From a virus (lineage: Duplodnaviria > Caudoviricetes): a DNA stretch of 57,381 nt. The stretch is taken from positions 1 through 57,381 of IMG/VR virus record IMGVR_UViG_3300032435_000013. The stretch is one strand, 5' to 3'. A program made the translations under genes and the position numbers. Below, in pieces: positions 49,139 to 57,381 of this stretch. How positions within the stretch are numbered: the stretch's first letter is position 1; each line of letters starts with the position of its first letter. The notes beneath the pieces were generated by a model, which saw nothing but the letters and a program-made list of their open reading frames with translations, searched no databases and had not been told where the DNA came from.

Positions 49139-50065
49139 ATGGCTATATCACGATCACAGCTAGTTAAAGAACTAGAGCCAGGATTGAATGCACTATTCGG
49201 CCTGGAATACAACAGATACGACAATGAACATGCGGAAATCTTCATGACTGAGTCATCTGACAGAGCTTTCGAAGAGGAAGTAATGCTAACAGGTTTTGGT
49301 GCTGCGGCAGTAAAATCTGAAGGTGCAATGGTTAACTTTGACCAAGCATCTGAAGCTTACACTTCTAGATACACTCATAATACAGTAGCACTTGCTTTTG
49401 CTATTACTGAGGAAGCTATTGAAGATAACTTGTACGACAGATTAGCATCTAGATACACTAGAGCGCTTGCTCGTTCAATGTCTCAAACTAAACAAATAAC
49501 TGCGGCTAACGTACTAAACAATGGTTTTAGTGCTACTTATCTAGGGGGAGATGGCAAAGCTTTATTAGCTGCTGATCACCCACTTGCTACTGGTGGCTCT
49601 TTCAGAAACATATTGTCTACAGCTTCTGACTTGTCAGAAACTTCGTTAGAACAATCTTTGATTGACATCGCAGCATTTGTTGACGAAAGAGGATTAAAAA
49701 TCGCTACTCAAGGTAGAAAATTAGTAATTCCAAAAGAATTACAATTTACTGCTGAGCGAATTTTGAAATCTCCTCTATCAACTACACCTGGTGGATCAAA
49801 CGCGTTCGCTAAAAACGATATAAACGCTATGATGAACATGGGTATGGTACCAGAAGGTTACAGAGTCAATCATTTCTTGACTGACACTGATGCTTTCTTT
49901 ATCCTTACTGATGCACCAAATGGCATGAAGCACTTTGTAAGAAGCGCTATCAAAACTGCTATTGAAGGTGATTTTGATACTGGAAACGTTAGATTCAAGG
50001 CTAGAGAAAGATACAGCTTCGGTTGGTCTGATCCTAGAGGAATCTTCGGTTCTGCAGGAGCATAA
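49139..50065 (+). CDS. Major capsid protein (Mu gpT-like HK97 fold)
   Basis: MAISRSQLVKELEPGLNALFGLEY, DGKAL....HP, KARERYSFGWSDPRG; strong RBS and terminator. Confidence 0.92.
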   Translation: MAISRSQLVKELEPGLNALFGLEYNRYDNEHAEIFMTESSDRAFEEEVMLTGFGAAAVKSEGAMVNFDQASEAYTSRYTHNTVALAFAITEEAIEDNLYDRLASRYTRALARSMSQTKQITAANVLNNGFSATYLGGDGKALLAADHPLATGGSFRNILSTASDLSETSLEQSLIDIAAFVDERGLKIATQGRKLVIPKELQFTAERILKSPLSTTPGGSNAFAKNDINAMMNMGMVPEGYRVNHFLTDTDAFFILTDAPNGMKHFVRSAIKTAIEGDFDTGNVRFKARERYSFGWSDPRGIFGSAGA

Positions 50066-50077
50066 TCAATAAGATAT

Positions 50078-50109
50078 TTAGGGAGGCGTATTTACGCCTC
50101 CCTAATTTA
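50078..50109 (+). terminator. Terminator after the MCP gene
   Basis: TTAGGGAGGCGT-ATTT-ACGCCTCCCTAA. Confidence 0.85.
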
Positions 50110-50128
50110 AATATATAATATAAGCACC

Positions 50129-50446
50129 ATGGGATTTAAAAGCGACATTCAAGCTACTAGAGGAACAGGTACGGGGTCAATTGTTACACCTTCAATTAGA
50201 CTTAAAGGTATTTCTATTGCTAATAACACAGCAAGTGCTGGATCGTTAACTTTGACTAATGGTAGTGGTGGAACAGTTTTACTTGTTATAGATGTTCCTG
50301 CTGGAGACATACTTACCTTAAATATTCCAGAAGACGGTATACCTTTTGGACAAGGAATTTATTGTTCCGTTTTTACCGACATTACTTCATTTACATTATT
50401 TACAGATAAATATTCTGCACCAGGATTAACGTCACAACAACCGTAG
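50129..50446 (+). CDS. Small structural protein
   Basis: Beta-rich; IPEDGI.F motif. Confidence 0.65.
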   Translation: MGFKSDIQATRGTGTGSIVTPSIRLKGISIANNTASAGSLTLTNGSGGTVLLVIDVPAGDILTLNIPEDGIPFGQGIYCSVFTDITSFTLFTDKYSAPGLTSQQP

Positions 50447-50453
50447 TCCCCTA

Positions 50454-50864
50454 ATGGCTAAAAATCCATACTCTGCAACAGGCTCTATTTTAGAGGCCTA
50501 TGCAAATATTTCACAATTACCTACTGGAAAAAATAACGGGCAAGTTCAAGAATATATAGAAGAAATTGAAGTTAAGCCTGTAGGTGCCGCTAGAGGAGGA
50601 ATGCCTGCTAGAAATAAAAAAAACTTTAGATCTACAGAATCTGGCGCTGGAATGACAGCGGCTGGAGTTAAAGCTTATCGTAGAAAGAACCCAGGTTCTA
50701 AATTAAGTACCGCAGTAACAGAATCAAGTCCAGGACCTAAAAGAGCATCAAGAAGAAAGTCTTATTGTGCTAGATCTGCTGGACAAATGAAAATGTTTCC
50801 CAAAGCAGCAAATGACCCCACTTCAAGATTGCGACAAGCAAGAAAAAGATGGAAATGTAGTTAA
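50454..50864 (+). CDS. Basic conserved virion-module protein
   Basis: GAGMT.AGV.AYRR.NPGSKL, RRKSYCARS motifs. Confidence 0.7.
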   Translation: MAKNPYSATGSILEAYANISQLPTGKNNGQVQEYIEEIEVKPVGAARGGMPARNKKNFRSTESGAGMTAAGVKAYRRKNPGSKLSTAVTESSPGPKRASRRKSYCARSAGQMKMFPKAANDPTSRLRQARKRWKCS

Positions 50865-51322
50865 TGAAACTTTCAGCAAATTTTCAATTATCAGAATTAG
50901 TTAAGTCTCAAATGGCAGAACGAAAAGGGATACCTAATAATCCATCACCCACCAACATAGATAATTTAAAAGCACTTTGTGTTAATGTATTACAACCGAT
51001 TAGATCTCATTTTGATGCTCCTGTACTTATTTCATCAGGATACCGTTCTGGGGAACTTTGTATTGCTATTGGATCCAAACCTACATCCCAACATGCCGAA
51101 GGCAAGGCAGCAGACATAGAAGTATATGGGGTAGACAACAAAGAATTAGCAGAGTGGATCAGAGATAACTTAGAATTTGATCAACTTATTTTAGAATTTT
51201 ATAGAGATGGAGAACCTGACAGTGGGTGGGTGCACTTATCATGGAGTTCTGGCGAGAACCGAAATCAAGTCTTGCGAGCAGCGAGAGACGAAGATGGTAG
51301 AGTAGTGTATAAGCCATGGTAG
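50864..51322 (+). CDS. Endolysin, peptidase M15A family
   Basis: SGYRS, SQH..G.AAD, WVH motifs. Confidence 0.9.
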   Translation: MKLSANFQLSELVKSQMAERKGIPNNPSPTNIDNLKALCVNVLQPIRSHFDAPVLISSGYRSGELCIAIGSKPTSQHAEGKAADIEVYGVDNKELAEWIRDNLEFDQLILEFYRDGEPDSGWVHLSWSSGENRNQVLRAARDEDGRVVYKPW

Positions 51323-51338
51323 ATATAGGAAAATATTA

Positions 51339-51869
51339 ATGCCTCATAAAGATCCAATTAAAAATAAAGAGTATTCAAAAGAATACTATTTAAACAATAG
51401 GGAATATTTTAAACAATACCTTTTGGACAATAAGGAGAAAATATCCGAGCAAAAAAAAGAATACTATTTAGATAATAAAGAGAAAATTTCAGAGAGAAAT
51501 AAAGAATGGTATTCAAATAATAAAGAAAAGATAAGAATTAAAGCTAAAAAAAGAAGATATGTAGATATAGAATATAGGTTAACATTGAGTTTAAGAGGAC
51601 GACTTAACCAAGCATTGAATGGAAAAAGTAAATCAAAAAGAACTTTAGAATTACTTGGCTGCACCGTTAAATATTTAATTGAACATTTAGAAAAACAGTT
51701 TAAACCAGGCATGACTTGGGAAAATAGACATCTATTCCATATTGATCATATACGACCCTGTGCCAGCTTCGACCTAACCAATCCAAAACAACAATCTGAA
51801 TGTTTTAATTACACTAATTTACAACCATTATGGGCAATAGATAATATGGTTAAAGGTGCTAAGTGGTAA
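51339..51869 (+). mobile_element. Free-standing HNH homing endonuclease
   Basis: KEYY..NKEKI repeats; LLGC, GMTWEN, HIDHIRP, YTNLQPLWA.DN..K motifs; flanked by a TGGTA direct repeat. Confidence 0.85.
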
Positions 51870-51997
51870 TATCAAGATCTCAAATGGCTAGACAATTAGA
51901 ACCAGGTTTGGGCTCTGAATGGAAGGGTAAATATAAGAAGGTTATTAAACGTACCCATGGCAAAAAAACCAAACCCAATAGCAAAAAAGTTAAGTGA
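51863..51997 (+). CDS. 44-aa basic peptide whose N-terminus resembles the MCP N-terminus
   Basis: GTG start: (M)VISRSQMARQLEPGLGSEWKGKYKKVIKRTHGKKTKPNSKKVK. Confidence 0.65.
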   Translation: MVISRSQMARQLEPGLGSEWKGKYKKVIKRTHGKKTKPNSKKVK

Positions 51998-52067
51998 TAG
52001 ACGTTATAAGTCTAAGGTGGTACAATCTAAGAAACTGTACAACCGTAAAAGGATTAAAATAGTATGA
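51957..52067 (+). CDS. Small basic peptide (36 aa, MAKKPNPIAK...KKLYNRK)
   Basis: Manual translation; ATGA-coupled to the next gene. Confidence 0.65.
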   Translation: MAKKPNPIAKKLSDRRYKSKVVQSKKLYNRKRIKIV

Positions 52068-52348
52068 GAAAAGTAATTAAAGCTTCAAAAGGATTTGGTC
52101 TTTTAGGTATGGGAGCAGATTTATTAGAAAGATCTAAAGGAGCAAGGAGTTTTGCTAAAAATTTAGGAATCCTTCCAGCTTTAGTTTCTAAATATTACGA
52201 CAAAAAAGCTAAGTCAGATGTTACAACTGGAGAGCAGACAGCGAAAGCTAAAAAAGGTAAAATGATGAAAGCATCAATGGGTTCTGAAGTAAGAACGCGA
52301 GGTGTTGGAAGTGCAATAAGAGGAACTAACTTTAAAGGAGTATTTTAA
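52064..52348 (+). CDS. Basic protein ending RGVGSAIRGTNFKGVF
   Basis: Motif shared with 44632..44841. Confidence 0.7.
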   Translation: MRKVIKASKGFGLLGMGADLLERSKGARSFAKNLGILPALVSKYYDKKAKSDVTTGEQTAKAKKGKMMKASMGSEVRTRGVGSAIRGTNFKGVF

Positions 52349-52349
52349 T

Positions 52350-52442
52350 ATGGTCTATCCAATGGGCGGCGGAAAAAAGAATTACAAACTTACTGGTAAA
52401 ATAGGTTCAAAAAAAGATTCTAAAAAACCAAAAAAGAAGTAG
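52350..52442 (+). CDS. Small Lys-rich peptide (30 aa)
   Basis: AAGGAG RBS; MVYPMGGGKK... Confidence 0.5.
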   Translation: MVYPMGGGKKNYKLTGKIGSKKDSKKPKKK

Positions 52443-52452
52443 GTCATGAACC

Positions 52453-53139
52453 ATGGCAACTTCTGGAACTACATCATTTAATCTAACTATAGATGACGTT
52501 ATAGAAGAAGCCTATGAACGTTGTGGCATTAGAACTAATTCTGGAAATGATTTAAGATCCGCCAGAAGATCTTTAAACTTATTATTTTCTGATTGGGGGA
52601 ACCGAGGAGTACATCTTTGGAAAGTTACTTTACAAACACAGTTACTAACTGCTGGAGTACTTCAATACGCAGCTCCTAGTGATTGTAATGATGTCTTAGA
52701 AGCTTATGTCTCTACAACTTCTGGAGTTACTTCTACTACACAAGATGTTTCTTTAACTAAAATTGATAGGTCTGCTTATGCGGCTCTTCCTAATAAAGGA
52801 ACAACAGGACAACCTTCTCAATATTATATCTCAAGAGAAACAACACCACAAATTTATTTATACCAAGCTCCCGATGCTTCTACTTATACTTATTTAAAAT
52901 ATTATTACATTGGTAGAATTGAAGACACTGGAGCTTACACTAATACAGCCGATGTTGTATATAGATTTATGCCTGCTATGTGTGCTGGCCTAGCTTATTA
53001 TTTATCTCAAAAAATAGCACCAGATAGAATTCAATTATTAAAACAATTATATGAAGATGAAATTATGAGAGCTTTAGAAGAAGACGGACAAAGAACGTCC
53101 TCTTACATTTCACCTCAAAACTATTATCCAGCGGGTTAA
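52453..53139 (+). CDS. Head-tail adaptor protein
   Basis: IEEAYERCG, ARRSLN, W.NRG, G.PSQYY, GLAYYL motifs. Confidence 0.7.
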   Translation: MATSGTTSFNLTIDDVIEEAYERCGIRTNSGNDLRSARRSLNLLFSDWGNRGVHLWKVTLQTQLLTAGVLQYAAPSDCNDVLEAYVSTTSGVTSTTQDVSLTKIDRSAYAALPNKGTTGQPSQYYISRETTPQIYLYQAPDASTYTYLKYYYIGRIEDTGAYTNTADVVYRFMPAMCAGLAYYLSQKIAPDRIQLLKQLYEDEIMRALEEDGQRTSSYISPQNYYPAG

Positions 53140-53142
53140 TTT

Positions 53143-53532
53143 ATGGGCAATCAAGCAACAGGTAAAAAATCTCTATCCATATCAGATAGATCAGGAGCAG
53201 CGTTTCCTTACAGGGAAATGGTAAAAGAGTGGCAAGGATCGTGGGTGCATATTTCTGAATATGAACCAAAGCATCCTCAATTAGATCCTCCTTATCATAA
53301 AGCAGACGCTATTGCTTTAGCAAATGTTAGGTCGCAAGATTTTCAACAACCTGAAGATATTAATGGAGTAGATGCAGATTCTGGAGGACAAGGAATGTGT
53401 ACAGTTTCTTTAGAACTACCAGGAGATTTTGCTTATAATTCAACAGGCATGATTCCAGAAGATGGGTCTATTCAAAACATAAGAAGACAGGCTATAATGC
53501 AAGCAGGAAGTGTAACAGTGGTAATATCATAA
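53143..53532 (+). CDS. Conserved neck/tail-module protein
   Basis: ISDRSG..FPY, EYEPKHPQL motifs. Confidence 0.7.
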   Translation: MGNQATGKKSLSISDRSGAAFPYREMVKEWQGSWVHISEYEPKHPQLDPPYHKADAIALANVRSQDFQQPEDINGVDADSGGQGMCTVSLELPGDFAYNSTGMIPEDGSIQNIRRQAIMQAGSVTVVIS

Positions 53533-54182
53533 TGGCTATATCATACGCACAATTTTTAACTCAAATTAGAAACTATACTGAAGTAGGAGACACCACATTA
53601 ACGGATACTTTAATTGAACAGTTTCTTACTAATGTAGAACTTAATGTTGCGGGTAAAGTAGATTACGATGATTTAAGAAAATATTCTACTTCTAATTTTA
53701 TAACAACACAAAGGTATATAAGCATGCCTTCTGACTTTGTACTAATGAGAAGTATGGAGACTATTGTTGGAACCAATAGATCTTTTTTAGAAAAAAGAGA
53801 CCAAACTTACATAACCGAATATAACGAATCTGGTGCAACAGGTATACCCGTATCGTACGCTATGTGGGATGAATTTACTGTTGTAGTAGCGCCTATTCCA
53901 GATTCTACTTATCAGGTACAGGTTAATTATGTAATAGATCCACCTCATTTCACTGTTTCTAATAATACTTATTTATCACAGCATCAACAATCTATTCTTT
54001 TATACGGCGTATTATCAGAGTCTTTTTCTTATTTAAAAGGACCTTTAGATATGTACAAACTATACACAGACAAGTATAATGAAGAAATACAATCTTTTGC
54101 TTTACAACAAATGGGTAGAAGACGTAGAGACGACTTTCAGGATGGAGTGCCTAGAATTAAAATAGATTCCCCATCCCCATAA
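53532..54182 (+). CDS. Second adaptor / tail tubular protein A-like
   Basis: P.DF, G.P..YA, AP.PD..Y, LLYG.L.E motifs. Confidence 0.65.
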   Translation: MAISYAQFLTQIRNYTEVGDTTLTDTLIEQFLTNVELNVAGKVDYDDLRKYSTSNFITTQRYISMPSDFVLMRSMETIVGTNRSFLEKRDQTYITEYNESGATGIPVSYAMWDEFTVVVAPIPDSTYQVQVNYVIDPPHFTVSNNTYLSQHQQSILLYGVLSESFSYLKGPLDMYKLYTDKYNEEIQSFALQQMGRRRRDDFQDGVPRIKIDSPSP

Positions 54183-54204
54183 AAATAAACAAGGAGAATA
54201 AAAA

Positions 54205-54645
54205 ATGGCTATAACAACAAACGCAATATGTAATTCTTTTAAACAAGAACTATTGCAAGCAGAACACGATTTTGACACATCAGGATCTGGTGGTAATAAA
54301 TTTAAATTAGCGTTGTATGAAGATACAGCTACTTTAGGAAAATCTACAACCTCATACACTACTGGTGCGGAAGCTTCTTCACCATCAGGATATACAGCAG
54401 GAGGAGGCGCACTAGTAAATAGTGGAACTTCCCTTTCTGTAAATACAGCAATTACTAACTATGCTAACTTTTCGTTCGCAGGTGTTACATTAACTGCAAA
54501 AGGTGCATTAATTTATAACACGAGTAATGCTAATGCCGCTGTGTGTGTTTTGGATTTCGGTGGAAATAAAACTGCAACTGCAGGAACTTTCACAGTTCAA
54601 TTCCCAGCATTCACTAGTTCAGCTGCGATTTTAAGAATTAGTTAA
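54205..54645 (+). CDS. Tail structural protein
   Basis: SFKQELL...HDF, FKLALY, GY.AGG, GALIYN, VLDFG motifs. Confidence 0.7.
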   Translation: MAITTNAICNSFKQELLQAEHDFDTSGSGGNKFKLALYEDTATLGKSTTSYTTGAEASSPSGYTAGGGALVNSGTSLSVNTAITNYANFSFAGVTLTAKGALIYNTSNANAAVCVLDFGGNKTATAGTFTVQFPAFTSSAAILRIS

Positions 54646-54655
54646 GGATTAACGC

Positions 54656-55579
54656 ATGTCAGCGTCTCCTTGGGGTTCTAATGATTGGGGCGAACAAGCC
54701 TGGGGAGATAACGGCATAGATGTATCTGTTTCTAATGCTTGGGGAGAACAAGCATGGGGAGAATTCGCTTGGGGCGAAGGAAATAATCTAAATACTTTAA
54801 CTACACAAACAAATCCTGTTACCGTTGATATTAGTGTTAACGTAACTTTAACAGGAATTTCATTAACTTCTGTAACTGGGGAAGTAGTTACTAATGCAGA
54901 TGGACTTGCTATAGTAACAGGAAGTCAATTAACTTCTGTAGTTGGAAATGAAGATACAGAGGCAGATGGACTTGCTATAGTAACAGGAAGTCAATTAACT
55001 TCTGTAACTGGAGAAGTAGATATTGCTGCAAATGGTAATATCTTTATTAATGTTACTGAGCATGACATGGCAGTAACTCTTGGTGATGTCACAGAAGAAA
55101 TTGCAGTAGGTCCAATTACAACAGGTTCTGAATTAACTTCTGAAATAAGTTCAGTTACAATAGATTTAAATACACTTGTAGGTGTTACAGGATCTGCATT
55201 AACTCCAGTAGTAGGAGAGGTGGACGCTGTAGCTGTTTATGCAGTAACTGGTTCTACTTTAACTCTTATTGTTGGTAATGAAGATACAGAGGCAAACGCT
55301 AATGTTAATGTTACAGGATCTGCATTAACTCCAGTAGTAGGAGAGGTGGACGCTGTATCCGTAGCCGAGGTTACAGGGTCAAGCTTAACTTCTTTAACTG
55401 GAAGTGTTATAATTACAGCAAACGCTAATGCGATAGTAACAGGACAATCTTTAAGCATAGGGATAGGACAAGCTCAAGTAATAGCTTGGGCAGAAGTAAA
55501 TACAGGAACAGCTGTTTCTTGGTCTGAAGTTAACAAGGGAGCAGGCTCTGTATGGACTGATGTTGATATTGCTGCATAA
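54656..55579 (+). CDS. Acidic repetitive fibre-like structural protein
   Basis: WG...WG repeats, then ~21-22-aa VTGS.LT..VG repeats with exact DNA duplications (54896-54940/54962-55006; 55183-55231/55309-55357). Confidence 0.7.
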   Translation: MSASPWGSNDWGEQAWGDNGIDVSVSNAWGEQAWGEFAWGEGNNLNTLTTQTNPVTVDISVNVTLTGISLTSVTGEVVTNADGLAIVTGSQLTSVVGNEDTEADGLAIVTGSQLTSVTGEVDIAANGNIFINVTEHDMAVTLGDVTEEIAVGPITTGSELTSEISSVTIDLNTLVGVTGSALTPVVGEVDAVAVYAVTGSTLTLIVGNEDTEANANVNVTGSALTPVVGEVDAVSVAEVTGSSLTSLTGSVIITANANAIVTGQSLSIGIGQAQVIAWAEVNTGTAVSWSEVNKGAGSVWTDVDIAA

Positions 55580-55617
55580 AGAAACTATAATACTAATATT
55601 AATAAGGATATAATAAA

Positions 55618-56196
55618 ATGGCATCAAGTTATACAGATTTAGGTCTAGAATTAATGTTCACAGGGGAAAACTCTGGAACATGGGGCGATAAAACAAACGA
55701 CAATTTAGAATTAATTCAACAAGCATTAGCTGGATATGAAGCAGTAACTGTAAACGGTACGGGAACTACTACGTTAGCTATTACAGATGCAACTATATCT
55801 AATGGTAGGAATGCTGTTATTAAATTAACAGGAACTATTACTGGGAATATTATAGTAACTATCCCTAATAGTATTGAAAAAATTTATATTATTAAAAATA
55901 GCACCGTAGGGGCTTACACTGTTTTATTTAAAACAGTGTCTGGTACGGGAGCTACCTTTAGTACTACTGATAAAGGTACTAAATTATTGTATTCTGATGG
56001 AACTAATGTTGTGGATACAGGTTTAACTGCAGGTATTACAGCGGTTGTTCAAGATATCACCCCACAACTTGGTGGTGATTTAGATTTAAACTCAAATGAT
56101 ATTACTGGAACAGGTAATGTAACAATCGCAGGAATAGCAACCGCAGAAGGTGGTCAATTAACAACAACAGGAAAAACCTTTATAATGGGTTTTTAA
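55618..56196 (+). CDS. Tail fibre anchor/baseplate-like protein
   Basis: GENSGTWG..TN.N and D.TPQLGGDLD.N motifs. Confidence 0.65.
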   Translation: MASSYTDLGLELMFTGENSGTWGDKTNDNLELIQQALAGYEAVTVNGTGTTTLAITDATISNGRNAVIKLTGTITGNIIVTIPNSIEKIYIIKNSTVGAYTVLFKTVSGTGATFSTTDKGTKLLYSDGTNVVDTGLTAGITAVVQDITPQLGGDLDLNSNDITGTGNVTIAGIATAEGGQLTTTGKTFIMGF

Positions 56197-56211
56197 TTTA
56201 GGAGAAAAAAT

Positions 56212-56541
56212 ATGGCAAGTGAGTTAATGAAGGTAAAATTAGTAGCAGGAATCACAAATAGTGAAAACGATTTATTGACAGTAGCAAGTGGACACACTTA
56301 CACTATACTTAATTTATCATTATGTGAAACTGCAGGAGCAGCAGAAACTTTTGATTTATATATTAGAGATGATGCGGGTGTTAATGATTTTGAAATTTAT
56401 TCAGATCAGGCATTAGGTGCAAATGCAACTTTTGAACATACCTCTAGATTAGTTTTAGAAGCGACAGATGTTCTTTCAGCACAATTAGGTACTTCAGGAG
56501 ATGTGGATTGTGTTATTACTTATTTAGATCAAACATTATAG
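56212..56541 (+). CDS. Small beta-sandwich tail protein
   Basis: AGGAG RBS; LVLEATDVL motif. Confidence 0.65.
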   Translation: MASELMKVKLVAGITNSENDLLTVASGHTYTILNLSLCETAGAAETFDLYIRDDAGVNDFEIYSDQALGANATFEHTSRLVLEATDVLSAQLGTSGDVDCVITYLDQTL

Positions 56542-56555
56542 GATTGTAAAACACC

Positions 56556-57381
56556 ATGAGTGGATTAGTAAAAGACAATATCTTTCGCTCATCTGGAGTG
56601 GTACTTGCAGCAGCTGGTGGTTTAAGTTGGCAACCAGTAGTTACAGCTTCAACTGTAACAGTTAGTGCTGGTAAAGGTTATTTTATTAATACTACCTCAA
56701 ATGCTTGTACGATTACACTACCAAGTGCTGCGACAGCTGGAGATCAAATTATTCTTTCAGACTACGCACGAACATGGGGTACTAATGCTATTACTATAGA
56801 TAGTAATGGTTTAAATTTTCAATCAAGTCCAGACACATACATTGTTGATTATGATACAAATGGTCAGGCAATCAATTTAGTTTATTCTGGAGCAACTGTT
56901 GGTTGGACACCAGCATCTGATATTGTTTCAGATTTAGAACCTGTTGCACCAAAAACTCAAAAAGCAATCTTTGGATATGGTTATAATGGTAGTAATGTTT
57001 CAATAACTAATTTAGTAAATAGTTCTGGAACAGTAGCTAGTGATGTAACAGGTGTTGGTACAGCTAGACGCTCTTTAGCAGCTGCTGGTTACGGTAGCGA
57101 CAAAGCCATCTTTGGTTTTGGTTATGCTGGAAGTTATGTTTCAATGACAAATTTAGTAAGTAATACTGGTGCTGTAGCATCAGACACTACAGGAGTAGGT
57201 ACTGCAAGATATGGTTTAGCAGCAGCAGGATATGGTGGAGATAAAGCAATTTTTGGTTATGGTACTACTGGAAGTAATGTTTCAATGACTAATTTAGTTT
57301 CAAGTTCAGGTGTGGTGGCTACAGACACAACAGGTGTAGGTACAGCTAGAGAGTCTTTAGCAGCATCTGGGTATGGGGGAG
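56556..57381 (+). CDS. Tail fibre/receptor-binding protein, N-terminal part (runs off the window)
   Basis: Manual translation: GYFINTT....ITLP....GD.I...DYARTWGTN fibre domain, then three 47-aa repeats. Confidence 0.85.
   Translation, partial: MSGLVKDNIFRSSGVVLAAAGGLSWQPVVTASTVTVSAGKGYFINTTSNACTITLPSAATAGDQIILSDYARTWGTNAITIDSNGLNFQSSPDTYIVDYDTNGQAINLVYSGATVGWTPASDIVSDLEPVAPKTQKAIFGYGYNGSNVSITNLVNSSGTVASDVTGVGTARRSLAAAGYGSDKAIFGFGYAGSYVSMTNLVSNTGAVASDTTGVGTARYGLAAAGYGGDKAIFGYGTTGSNVSMTNLVSSSGVVATDTTGVGTARESLAASGYGG

Noticed and set aside
1-57381. Alternative genetic code, tRNA genes, introns or inteins
   Set aside because: Core genes are full length in the standard code with contiguous motifs, and no cloverleaf or splice signature was recognised by eye.

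Overview
Near-complete, circularly permuted genome (~57 kb, AT-rich) of a lytic-looking podovirus. Gene content and order resemble SAR11/Pelagibacterales phages of the HTVC023P / vSAG 37-F6 type; this is an inference from remembered protein motifs, not a search. Modules: tail, ejection proteins and two glycosyltransferases (1-14.1 kb); exonuclease and speD; replication (SNF2 helicase, SSB, AEP primase, UvrD helicase, Leu762 PolA; 15.7-25 kb); two blocks of small early genes flanking an origin-like non-coding region and terS (27.4-38.9 kb); terL, portal, GroES, scaffold, MCP, endolysin, HNH and tail genes (39.5-57.4 kb). The contig breaks inside a 47-aa-repeat tail-fibre gene. No integrase, RNA polymerase, reverse transcriptase, tRNA or CRISPR was seen. 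Most notable: (i) an ardC-led array of single-gene cassettes bounded by identical terminator+promoter repeats in a GATC-free zone; (ii) an 11-bp-period GCC direct-repeat operator at six regulatory sites, suggesting control by a host OmpR/ChvI-type regulator; (iii) a strand-polarised CACGGnnCACGG motif across the genome; (iv) a shared 'xxxGG-x-V' motif on many virion/cargo proteins, plus a peptide copying the MCP N-terminus; (v) a chimeric tail-fibre/2OG-oxygenase relic; (vi) a precisely reconstructable HNH insertion.
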